Shown piece by piece: positions 33,987 through 42,281 of a DNA stretch of 44,016 nucleotides. This DNA comes from Anaerolineales bacterium (lineage in GTDB: Bacteria > Chloroflexota > Anaerolineae > Anaerolineales > UBA11579). The notes below the pieces were generated by a model. It saw only the letters and a list, made by a program, of their open reading frames with translations, did no database searches and was not told where the DNA came from. The stretch's first letter is position 1. Each line of letters begins with the position of its first letter. The stretch lies in assembly GCA_037383445.1 (NCBI GenBank), contig JARROY010000013.1, positions 1 to 44,016 of the forward strand. The letters are read 5' to 3'. The translations under genes and the position numbers were made by a program.

Positions 33987-36092
33987 ATGACAGAAATTAG
34001 AAAATTTCATTTAGAGAACCTGGACTGTGCGAACTGTGCGGCCAAAATTGAGGAGGGGGTTCAAAAGATGCCCGGTGTTCGATTCGCCAAGGTAAATTTT
34101 GCCACATCCTCGATCCACTTGGACGCCGATAATCTCAAAGACGTTGAAAATAAGATCCGAGAGATGGAACCGGAAGTGCGGTTTAGATCAACTGAGACTC
34201 CCAAGACCGGATTGGATGCCGGGGCAAAACGGGAGTTAACCCTGATCATCATTTCTTTAGTGTTGTTTATTCTAGGGCTGGTATTTGATCAGTGGTTAGA
34301 CAAGTGGCCCTATTTCTCAGGTCAATGGGTGGTCTTCATGGTCGCCTACCTTGTATCTGGTTACCGGGTACTTTGGCGGGCGGTTCAGAATTTACGAAAC
34401 CGAAATTGGTTTGATGAGACCTTTTTGATGAGCATCTCAACGGTAGGGGCTATTGCGATTGGCGAACTTCCCGAAGCGGTTGGGGTGATGCTGTTTTACC
34501 AAATTGGGGAGTTTGTTCAGCAGCGCGCTGTGAACCGATCTCGAAACATGATCCAATCATTATTGGATGTACGGCCTGATTCGGCGACTTTAATCCGTGA
34601 AAATGAGGAGGAGGTAGAAGTGCTCCCTCAGGAGGTATCAATTGGCGATACCATATTGGTAAGGCCTGGAGAGAAGGTCCCCCTGGATGGAACCGTCCTC
34701 AGCGGACAGTCTCAAATCGATGCTTCAATTTTGACTGGGGAATCGATGCCAATAACTGTATCCGAGGGCAGTGAGGTATACGCGGGAACGGTAAATCAGA
34801 ATGGGGTATTAAAGATACTTGTCAATCGAACCATTGAAACATCTTCTGTTTCTAAGATGCTGGAACTGGTTCAAAGCGCTGCAAACCGTAAGGCAAGAAC
34901 AGAGTTGTTCATAACTAAATTTGCCAAAATCTATTCTCCATTGATGGTGTTATTGGCTTTAATGGTTGCCTTTGGGCCACCGTTGATCGTCCCAGGGGAA
35001 ACATTTGCAAAATGGATATACAGGGCTTTGGTGTTATTAGTGGTATCTTGCCCTTGTGCATTGGTGATCAGTATACCTTTAGGCTATTTTGGAGGAATTG
35101 GTGGGGCTTCCAGGCGTGGAATCTTGGTAAAAGGCGCCAATTTTTTGGATGTCTTAGCTGAGGTTCGGACTGTGGTTTTTGACAAAACAGGAACATTGAC
35201 AAAAGGTGAATTCAAAGTATCCGAAATAATGCCGGAGAATGGGATCAGCAAGGAGAGCTTATTAAAATTGGCAGTTTATGCCGAATCGCATTCTAACCAT
35301 CCGGTAGCAAATTCAATCCGCCAGGCATACACGAATTTAACCGGAGATATGCCGAATGGAGCCAAGGAAGTGATTACTGAATACGATCAGGTAGCAGGGT
35401 ATGGAATTCGTGCCAGGGTCAATGGCGACACTGTCGTTGTTGGGAATGATGCATTCTTGCATTTAGAGGATATCCAGCATCCAACCTGTGATGTCCCCGG
35501 TACTGTGATTCATGTCTCACTTAACCAGAATTATCAAGGGTATCTTGTCGTCAGGGATGAACCGAAACCGGAGGCTAAAGCCGCGGTGGAGCAATTACAT
35601 CGGATTGGCGTAGAAAATGTTTTAATGCTATCGGGAGACCAAGAAGGGGTTGTCAAGAGTGTTTCAGAATCGGTTGGATTAGATGGTTACCAGGCCGGAT
35701 TGCTGCCTGATGAAAAAGTAAACCATTTAGAAGACCTTTTAAAGGAACATAAAACGGGCCGGGTTGCTTATGTTGGAGATGGGATCAACGATGCTCCTGC
35801 CCTGGCGCGGGCGGATGTGGGCATTGCAATGGGAGCATTTGGTACAGATGCCGCCAAGGAAACGGCGGACGTTGTTCTAATGACCGATTCGATCTCTCGG
35901 GTGCCAGAGGCGATAATAATTGGCCGCAGAACACGAAGGATTGTCTGGCAAAATATTGGGATCGCCTTAGGGATTAAAGCCTTGTTCATCCTGCTTGGTG
36001 TGCTCGGTGCTGCTTCGATGTGGGAGGCTGTATTTGCAGATGTCGGTGTAACCGTTTTGGCGGTGTTAAATTCAACGAGGGGTTTACGGTAG
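33987..36092 (+). CDS. cadA: P1B-2-type heavy-metal (Zn/Cd/Co/Pb) translocating ATPase
   Basis: N-terminal HMA CxxC (DCANCAAK), TM6 SCPCALV, DKTGTLT, GDGINDAPAL and a TM8 ADVGVTVLAVLNSTR element with the conserved Asp. Confidence 0.9.
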   Translation: MTEIRKFHLENLDCANCAAKIEEGVQKMPGVRFAKVNFATSSIHLDADNLKDVENKIREMEPEVRFRSTETPKTGLDAGAKRELTLIIISLVLFILGLVFDQWLDKWPYFSGQWVVFMVAYLVSGYRVLWRAVQNLRNRNWFDETFLMSISTVGAIAIGELPEAVGVMLFYQIGEFVQQRAVNRSRNMIQSLLDVRPDSATLIRENEEEVEVLPQEVSIGDTILVRPGEKVPLDGTVLSGQSQIDASILTGESMPITVSEGSEVYAGTVNQNGVLKILVNRTIETSSVSKMLELVQSAANRKARTELFITKFAKIYSPLMVLLALMVAFGPPLIVPGETFAKWIYRALVLLVVSCPCALVISIPLGYFGGIGGASRRGILVKGANFLDVLAEVRTVVFDKTGTLTKGEFKVSEIMPENGISKESLLKLAVYAESHSNHPVANSIRQAYTNLTGDMPNGAKEVITEYDQVAGYGIRARVNGDTVVVGNDAFLHLEDIQHPTCDVPGTVIHVSLNQNYQGYLVVRDEPKPEAKAAVEQLHRIGVENVLMLSGDQEGVVKSVSESVGLDGYQAGLLPDEKVNHLEDLLKEHKTGRVAYVGDGINDAPALARADVGIAMGAFGTDAAKETADVVLMTDSISRVPEAIIIGRRTRRIVWQNIGIALGIKALFILLGVLGAASMWEAVFADVGVTVLAVLNSTRGLR

Positions 36093-36094
36093 AT

Positions 36095-36583
36095 ATGGCA
36101 GCATCAGCAGAACGCCTCGGAAAAAAACTTACTTCGCAATACGAAAAAAGTGTCAGCTTCTTCAAAAGTTTACCGGATTTTATTTGGGACGAACGTCTTT
36201 ACACTGATGGAGCCGAATGGACTGTTCATCAAGTATTTGCCCATATAGTCGAGGTAGAAGGATCTATTTTATATCTAATGATCAGTATTTCTCAAGGGGG
36301 GACAGGTGTCGGTCCCGATTTTGATATTGACCGGTACAACGCTTCGGCGGTCAGGAAAATTTCCACAAAATCAAGGGAAGAATTGTTCTCCCTGTTCGAG
36401 GAAAGGCGCACCAGGATGCTTGCCTTCGTAGAAGGTCTTTCACCAGAGGAATTGGCATTAACCGGCAATCACCCCTATTTGGGAGAGGCAAAATTAGGAG
36501 AAATGCTGAAGATGTTATTGCTGCATATCAACGGTCATATTCGGGATATTCGCAAGGCATTTGGTGAAACGTTGGGAGAGTGA
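36095..36583 (+). CDS. DinB-family (DinB_2) four-helix-bundle protein
   Basis: The W..HQVFAHIVEVE and LLLHINGHIRDI His-containing helices are typical of DinB-like metalloproteins. ATG 36095 directly follows the ATPase stop. Confidence 0.7.
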   Translation: MAASAERLGKKLTSQYEKSVSFFKSLPDFIWDERLYTDGAEWTVHQVFAHIVEVEGSILYLMISISQGGTGVGPDFDIDRYNASAVRKISTKSREELFSLFEERRTRMLAFVEGLSPEELALTGNHPYLGEAKLGEMLKMLLLHINGHIRDIRKAFGETLGE

Positions 36584-36984
36584 TTGAAGATATGTTAATT
36601 TCAGATATGGTTGTGCTGGATTTAGATTGGCAGGGTCAAAAACTCACCATCATCAAGGAAACAGACCAATTACTCCGCCGGTTTGGTCAAATGGATATGA
36701 TTAAGCTCAATCCGAAAGGCAGGGTGGAAGTCTTTCGTTCTGTGGCAGATGAGATTTGGGCACCGATGTTAGGACGAGCAGCCTTCCAACTGGAAGATCA
36801 GAGAGAAGAGTCACCGAGTAAAGGTGAGATCGTTCAGCTGGAGATCACCGCGGATGATCCAAAGGCCATCTTGGTTCCCTTTGGTGTGAACTGTACTATC
36901 AGCAGTGCTGAAGGGGCAACACTGTTGAGAATAGGAACACACGAAGAGTACACCCATCCAGGGGATCGATTCCAAATTTCGTAA
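36580..36984 (+). CDS. Hypothetical protein, possibly a small beta-barrel/cupin-like fold
   Basis: 134-aa ORF overlapping the DinB stop. I recognise no family. An alternative start is ATG 36592. Confidence 0.45.
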   Translation: MIEDMLISDMVVLDLDWQGQKLTIIKETDQLLRRFGQMDMIKLNPKGRVEVFRSVADEIWAPMLGRAAFQLEDQREESPSKGEIVQLEITADDPKAILVPFGVNCTISSAEGATLLRIGTHEEYTHPGDRFQIS

Positions 36985-37056
36985 TATTTTTATAAAATTT
37001 AACTGCATCAGAGTTACAAATCTCGAGATGATTTTCAACTTGCGATATACTAATGG

Positions 37057-37977
37057 ATGATGAAAAAGAATAAGATCACTCAATTTATTAGGCTCTCTCG
37101 TCCGATCTTCTTGATCGCTGGCGTGGGTCTGTATTTTCTCGGCGCGGGGATTGCCAAGTACTTGGGAAATCGAATTGATTGGGGAGTTTTTATTCTAGGT
37201 TTACTGTGGGTGCTATTAGCTCAATTAGCGGCACTCTATCTAAATGAATATTTTGATGAACCAGTCGATCGTGAAAATGAGTCTCGAACGGTTTTTTCGG
37301 GGGGCAGTGGTGTTTTAGGGAAGGAGGAAGGCAAACTAAACCGGAAAGTAGCATTATCGGGATTTGTTGTTGCTTCCTCGCTTGCTGTCGCCTTGACCCT
37401 TTCGATGCTGTGGGACCAGTCATTGAACCTGGTTTCGGGATTGTTGATGATCTTAATTTATGTTGGCGGACTTTTATATTCACTGCCGCCAATCCAACTT
37501 ATCAGGGCGGGTTATGGCGAGTTTATCGCCGCAGTTATTGGGGGATATTTGGTACCCATGTTGAGTTTTTACTTGCAATCTGGTGAAGTCCATAGGTTGG
37601 TTGTGATGGCTTCATTACCTATCGTACTGCTGTTGGTAGTATTCATGCTGGCAGTTTCCTTTCCGGATTATGCGACCGACTTAAAGTACGGGAAACGCAC
37701 TTTTCTTGTCCGTGCTGGTTGGGAAAATGTCGTATTTCTGCACAATACCCTGATCTTGCTCGCTTTTTTGGTTTTAGCCGCGATGTTCTATTTGAATTTT
37801 CCAAGGGCGATCCTTTTTCCAGCATTCTTAACCTTCCCGCTAGGAGCGTTGGAGTTTTGGCAGATGCGTCTGATTGCTGCGGGAGGCAAGCCGAATTGGA
37901 AAGTGTTGACTGGGAATGCCGCGGCATTGGTTGGTTCTTTGATTTACATCTTTTCTTATTTCTTCTGGACCCGGTAA
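37057..37977 (+). CDS. UbiA-family aromatic prenyltransferase
   Basis: 306 aa with about 8-9 TM helices. The first Asp-rich motif is NEYFDEPVDRE and the second region is DYATDLKYGKRT. Confidence 0.8.
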   Translation: MMKKNKITQFIRLSRPIFLIAGVGLYFLGAGIAKYLGNRIDWGVFILGLLWVLLAQLAALYLNEYFDEPVDRENESRTVFSGGSGVLGKEEGKLNRKVALSGFVVASSLAVALTLSMLWDQSLNLVSGLLMILIYVGGLLYSLPPIQLIRAGYGEFIAAVIGGYLVPMLSFYLQSGEVHRLVVMASLPIVLLLVVFMLAVSFPDYATDLKYGKRTFLVRAGWENVVFLHNTLILLAFLVLAAMFYLNFPRAILFPAFLTFPLGALEFWQMRLIAAGGKPNWKVLTGNAAALVGSLIYIFSYFFWTR

Positions 37978-37978
37978 T

Positions 37979-39211
37979 ATGCCAGAATTCCTTAATTTAA
38001 AACCCCCGACCGAAGCCCTGAATCTCTTGGTCAGCAATGTGACTTTTCTTCCAAAACCTGAAACAATACCTGCCGCTGATGGGCTGGGAAGGGTGTTGTT
38101 TTCTCCGATTCTGGCTGGTTATCCGCTTCCCTCGTTTAGACGTTCGACAGTGGATGGTTTTGCGGTTCGCGCAGAGGATACCTTTGGGGCGAGCGAAAGT
38201 CTCCCCGCTTATTTACCTTTAGTCGGAGAAGTGCCGATGGGAGCAGCGCCAGAATTCCACCTAAAAAAAGGGTGGTGCGCAACAATTCATACTGGTGGGA
38301 TGCTGCCAGAAGACGCCAATGCCGTGATTATGATCGAGCACACGCAGCAAGCCAGAGAAGGCGAGGTGGAATTGCTGCGATCGGTGGCGGTGGGTGAAAA
38401 TGTTCTGCAGATTGGAGAAGATGTAAAACAAGACGCGGAGGTCATCCCGGCTGGCAGGGTTATTCGGCCAGCTGAAATTGGTGGGATGATGGCTTTAGGC
38501 GTGAGCAAGATACAGGTGGCTGCTCGCCCTCTTGTGGGGATCCTTTCCTCCGGTGATGAAGTTGTCCCTCCGGATGAAGAAATCGCTCCAGGAAAAGTAC
38601 GCGATGTAAATTCCTATACACTGCAGGCCCTTGTTCGACAAGCAGGCGGGGAACCTGTTCTGTACGGCATTGCCTCAGATCAGAAGGATGATTTGGAAAA
38701 CCTGATCCGGGAAGCTCATCGAGATTGTGATCTGGTTGTCGTGACTGCTGGTTCTTCGGCCAGTGCACGGGACTTAACTGCCTTGGTGATTGATGATTTG
38801 GGAAAGCCCGGTGTATTGGTTCACGGAGTGAATATTCGACCAGGAAAGCCAACGATTTTAGGCGTATGCGATGGAAAGCCTGTGATTGGCCTGCCCGGAA
38901 ACCCTGTCAGTGCCCTGGTAATTGCGGGAATATTTGTTGTGCCAATCATAAAAAGGATGTTGGGGCAAGTGGCCAACAAGACACAGCCTGTGCTTGAAGC
39001 ACGGTTAAAAGTAAATTTATCTTCTCAAGCGGGTCGAGAAGATTGGGTCGCTGTAAAATTGGATGAAGAAAATGGCCATTTGCATGCCGATCCCGTTTTT
39101 GGAAAAAGCAACTTGATTTTTACCCTGGCACGCGCCGACGGTTTGGTGAAAATTCCAGCAGATGCCAATGGAATCCCAGCCGGAGAGCAAGTCCAGGTCT
39201 TCCTGATGTAA
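37979..39211 (+). CDS. moeA: Molybdopterin molybdotransferase MoeA (intact paralogue)
   Basis: 410 aa with RRSTVDGFAVRAEDT, SSGDEVVPP, VVVTAGSSAS, IRPGKPTILG and GLPGNPVSA. It starts 2 nt after the UbiA stop. Confidence 0.9.
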   Translation: MPEFLNLKPPTEALNLLVSNVTFLPKPETIPAADGLGRVLFSPILAGYPLPSFRRSTVDGFAVRAEDTFGASESLPAYLPLVGEVPMGAAPEFHLKKGWCATIHTGGMLPEDANAVIMIEHTQQAREGEVELLRSVAVGENVLQIGEDVKQDAEVIPAGRVIRPAEIGGMMALGVSKIQVAARPLVGILSSGDEVVPPDEEIAPGKVRDVNSYTLQALVRQAGGEPVLYGIASDQKDDLENLIREAHRDCDLVVVTAGSSASARDLTALVIDDLGKPGVLVHGVNIRPGKPTILGVCDGKPVIGLPGNPVSALVIAGIFVVPIIKRMLGQVANKTQPVLEARLKVNLSSQAGREDWVAVKLDEENGHLHADPVFGKSNLIFTLARADGLVKIPADANGIPAGEQVQVFLM

Positions 39212-39231
39212 ATATTCTTTTGAGGAATTAA

Positions 39232-39921
39232 ATGTCGATATATTTGCACGATATCCCTTTGCCAGAGGCGATAGCACGTTTTACAGAAGCATTGGAAAAC
39301 GCGCATCTGGGCGGTTTATTGGGAGAAGAAGAGATTGAATTGAATCAGCAAGCTCGAGGGCGGGTTTTATCACGCCCGATTTGGGCAAAGATCTCTTCTC
39401 CCCATTATCACGCGGCGGCAATGGATGGTTTTGCTGTCCGTGCTGGGGAAACTCATGGCGCTACTCAGACTTCCCCGGTTGTGCTGGAATATCCTCTGCA
39501 AGCCGAGTATGTGGATACCGGGGATCTAATTCCAGAAGGATTCAACGCCGTCATCCCGATAGAAAATGTTGAAACTCTTAATTCGGTTGATGAGGTAGTA
39601 AGGGAAGCGCGCCAACCTGCAAAGATCAGAATTCGGGAGGCGGTCGTTCCATGGGCTCAGGTACGCCCATTGGGAGAAGATATGATTGCCACCCAACTGG
39701 TGTTGCCCGCCGGCCATCAGTTACGCCCTGTTGACCTTGGGGCGGTTGCTGGCAGTGGGCACGCGAGTGTGTTTGTCAGCAGAAAGCCTCGGGTGGCGGT
39801 GATCCCAACCGGAACAGAACTGGTCGAGATTGGAACCTCGATTCGTCCCGGCGATATTATTGAATATAACAGTCTTGTGTTGAGTGCACAGGTGGAAGAA
39901 TGGGGCGGGCTCATGATTTAA
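39232..39921 (+). CDS. moeA: MoeA-like protein, N-terminal fragment
   Basis: AAMDGFAVRAGET, VIPTGTELVE and PGDIIEYNSLVLSAQVEEWGG, followed by 3 off-family residues and a stop. Confidence 0.8.
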   Translation: MSIYLHDIPLPEAIARFTEALENAHLGGLLGEEEIELNQQARGRVLSRPIWAKISSPHYHAAAMDGFAVRAGETHGATQTSPVVLEYPLQAEYVDTGDLIPEGFNAVIPIENVETLNSVDEVVREARQPAKIRIREAVVPWAQVRPLGEDMIATQLVLPAGHQLRPVDLGAVAGSGHASVFVSRKPRVAVIPTGTELVEIGTSIRPGDIIEYNSLVLSAQVEEWGGLMI

Positions 39922-40382
39922 TATTGTTAAATGCTGGGTCTTCAGCAGGGTCGGAAGATTTTTCCGCCAAAGTGGTTGAAACCCTTGGCGAATTACTGGT
40001 CCATGGGGTAGCGGTTCGGCCGGGCCACCCTGTCATTTTGGGTATTTTGGATTTAGAAAATGGCAGGAAAGTGCCCATCATTGGTGTGCCAGGATACCCT
40101 GTTTCGGCTGCACTAACGGGCGAAATTTTCGTTGAGCCAGTTCTTGCCCGATGGTTGGGCAGACTTCCTCACGAGCCTGAAGAGATCGAAGCAGAAATCA
40201 CGCGCAAGATCACCTCCCCAGGCGGAGATGACGATTATCAGCGCGTCGTGGTTGGACGAGTAGGTGACAGGCTGCTTGCGGCTCCTCTGCAGCGGGGGGC
40301 TGGGGTGGTTTCAGCATGGCTCCTCTGCAGCGGGGGGCTGGGGTGGTTTCAGCATTGGTGCGGGCTGATGGGCTGGCTGTAA
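39900..40382 (+). CDS. moeA: MoeA-like protein, central fragment (end of the MoCF domain plus MoeA_C)
   Basis: HDLILLNAGSSAGSEDF, AVRPGHPVILG and GVPGYPVSA. After the first repeat copy it reads nonsense (WLLCSGGLGWFQHWCGLMGWL*). Confidence 0.8.
   Translation: MGRAHDLILLNAGSSAGSEDFSAKVVETLGELLVHGVAVRPGHPVILGILDLENGRKVPIIGVPGYPVSAALTGEIFVEPVLARWLGRLPHEPEEIEAEITRKITSPGGDDDYQRVVVGRVGDRLLAAPLQRGAGVVSAWLLCSGGLGWFQHWCGLMGWL
40280..40355 (+). repeat. Perfect 2 x 38-bp tandem duplication
   Basis: GGCTCCTCTGCAGCGGGGGGCTGGGGTGGTTTCAGCAT occurs at 40280-40317 and again at 40318-40355 with no mismatch. Confidence 0.95.
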
Positions 40383-41158
40383 TCCCGCGTGGTTCTCAGG
40401 GGGAAGAAGCGGGGGCAAAAGTTCGGGTAAGGTTGTACCGGTCTCGCTCCGAAGTGGAACGGACGATCTTTGTGATCGGATCCCATGATCTGACCCTGGA
40501 TTTGTTAGCACAATTCCTTAGCCCGAGGAAGCGTAGATTAACCTCGGCGAACGTGGGAAGCCTGGGTGGGTTGGTCTCGCTTCGTAGAGGAGAAGCGCAT
40601 TTGGCAGGCTCCCATTTGCTCGACCCAGCTACCGGTGAATACAATATCTCGTATATAAAACAATATCTTCCCAATATTCCTGTGCGAGTGATTGGTCTGG
40701 TAAAGAGGCAGCAGGGATTGATAGTCAGGAAGGGGAATCCCAAAAATATTAGGGGACTGTCGGATTTGTCCCGGGAGGATATTTTATTTATCAATCGACA
40801 GCGCGGTGCCGGCACGCGTGTTCTCCTGGATTACCACCTGGACAAATTGGGGATTGCGAGGGATGAGATAAAAGGGTATTCTCAAGAGGAGTACACCCAT
40901 CTGATGATTGCGGCGGCAATTGCCTCAGGTAGAGCAGATTGTGGCATGGGAATTGCGGCTGCCGCTGCTGCTCTGGATATGGATTTCATTCCATTATTTG
41001 AGGAGAGATATGATTTGATTGTTCCAGAGGAATATTATTCAAGTGAACTGCTATCCCCAATCTGGGAAGTGCTTGATGATGATGGATTTAAACAAAATGT
41101 GAATGAATTACCTGGATATAATACGGATGTGCTGGGAACAGTAATTGCAACGATATAG
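40316..41158 (+). CDS. MoeA C-terminal end plus periplasmic-binding-protein-like (PBP_like) domain fragment
   Basis: APLQRGAGVVSALVRADGLAVIPRGSQGEEAGAKVRVRLY is the MoeA_C end. The rest (VIGSHDLTLDLL...NRQRGAGTRVLLD...MGIAAAA) resembles the PBP-like module fused to archaeal-type MoeA. Confidence 0.75.
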   Translation: MAPLQRGAGVVSALVRADGLAVIPRGSQGEEAGAKVRVRLYRSRSEVERTIFVIGSHDLTLDLLAQFLSPRKRRLTSANVGSLGGLVSLRRGEAHLAGSHLLDPATGEYNISYIKQYLPNIPVRVIGLVKRQQGLIVRKGNPKNIRGLSDLSREDILFINRQRGAGTRVLLDYHLDKLGIARDEIKGYSQEEYTHLMIAAAIASGRADCGMGIAAAAAALDMDFIPLFEERYDLIVPEEYYSSELLSPIWEVLDDDGFKQNVNELPGYNTDVLGTVIATI

Positions 41159-41163
41159 TTATC

Positions 41164-41529
41164 ATGATGAAAGCTTTGATCATTGACGATAATCGCCAAA
41201 TTGCGGATAGTCTAGCCCATATGATAGAGTTTTTTGATTTTGAAAGTCAGACAGCCTATGGGACTAGAGCTGGCCTTACTGCTTTAAAAACCATGGTGCC
41301 CTCCGTGGTATTCTTAGATTTAAACATGCCGGGATTATCTGGCTTTGACGTTCTCAGTTATTTACAAAGAGAGCCACGCCTTCGGGATATTCCTGTGATC
41401 GTGGTGACTTCAGACGATCAACCCGAATCAGCAGAAAGAGCGATGAAAGGTGGTGCATCCGCGTATGTGATCAAACCAGTCTCGCTCGATACCCTTGAAA
41501 CATCTTTAAAGTCATTAAACTTAATATGA
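41164..41529 (+). CDS. Stand-alone CheY-like response-regulator receiver protein
   Basis: 121 aa with DD near the N-terminus (LIIDDN), the phospho-acceptor context VVFLDLNMPG, a T in VVTSD and a K in VIKP. Confidence 0.85.
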   Translation: MMKALIIDDNRQIADSLAHMIEFFDFESQTAYGTRAGLTALKTMVPSVVFLDLNMPGLSGFDVLSYLQREPRLRDIPVIVVTSDDQPESAERAMKGGASAYVIKPVSLDTLETSLKSLNLI

Positions 41530-41602
41530 TGATTGTCAGTGGTGGATTTATTCTTTAAACATATTAGGTGAAACTCCCAAATACTTATATGAGGTGATCA
41601 AA

Positions 41603-42073
41603 ATGATTAATTTAAAAGTTGGTGACCAGGCTCCTGATTTTGTTCTGAATGATGAAAATGGTCGAAAGCATTCTCTTTCTGCTTATCGCGGCCAGCCGGT
41701 AGTTCTGTATTTTTATCCGAAAGATGATACGCCAGGATGCACGACTGAGGCGTGTAATTTCAGGGATGATTTTTCAACATATGAAGATGCTGATGTAACC
41801 ATTTTGGGAGTCAGTGTAGATGATGAGAAATCACATATGAAATTCAAAGAAAAATATAGCTTGCCTTTTACACTCTTGGCCGATACTAACAAGGAAGTTG
41901 TCAACCAGTATGGCGTTTGGGGTAAAAAGTCGATGTACGGGAAAGAATATGATGGGATACATCGGACCACTTTTTTGATCGATGCAGATGGGAAAATTGC
42001 TCAAATATTTGAGAAGGTTAAACCCTCGATCCATAGTGATGAAGTCCTAAATGCGATCGAGGCTTTGGGTTAA
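41603..42073 (+). CDS. bcp: Thioredoxin-dependent thiol peroxidase (peroxiredoxin Bcp)
   Basis: YFYPKDDTPGCTTEAC active-site motif. ATG 41603 with GAGG 8 nt upstream is preferred over GTG 41594. Confidence 0.9.
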   Translation: MINLKVGDQAPDFVLNDENGRKHSLSAYRGQPVVLYFYPKDDTPGCTTEACNFRDDFSTYEDADVTILGVSVDDEKSHMKFKEKYSLPFTLLADTNKEVVNQYGVWGKKSMYGKEYDGIHRTTFLIDADGKIAQIFEKVKPSIHSDEVLNAIEALG

Positions 42074-42281
42074 CAATTTAGAGCTAGAATTCATTAGAAG
42101 GGGCTTATTAAAACGCCAACTTGTTCATCTTACAATCCGAGAATTTTTTTGATTTGACAAAGCCAGAAACCCGATTGTAAAAATCATCTCCCTTTTGAGA
42201 ACAGTGATCGGCTTTAATCGCTTTGGCTAAAGGGGATTGTTCCAAAACGAAGATTAGGATTTTATTCCATGATTTGTTATA

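Larger units (their letters stand above)
39232..41158 (+). pseudogene. moeA: Second moeA paralogue fused to a PBP-like (PF12727-type) domain, broken by two lesions
   Basis: Three consecutive overlapping ORFs in three frames. The junctions are at about 39910 (deletion plus frameshift) and 40280-40355 (38-bp tandem duplication). Confidence 0.7.

Noticed and set aside
39900-40382. Programmed ribosomal frameshifting as an explanation for the three overlapping moeA2 ORFs.
   Set aside because: No slippery heptamer or downstream structure is present. One junction lacks about 24 conserved codons, and the other is explained exactly by a 38-bp duplication. Mutational lesions fit better.
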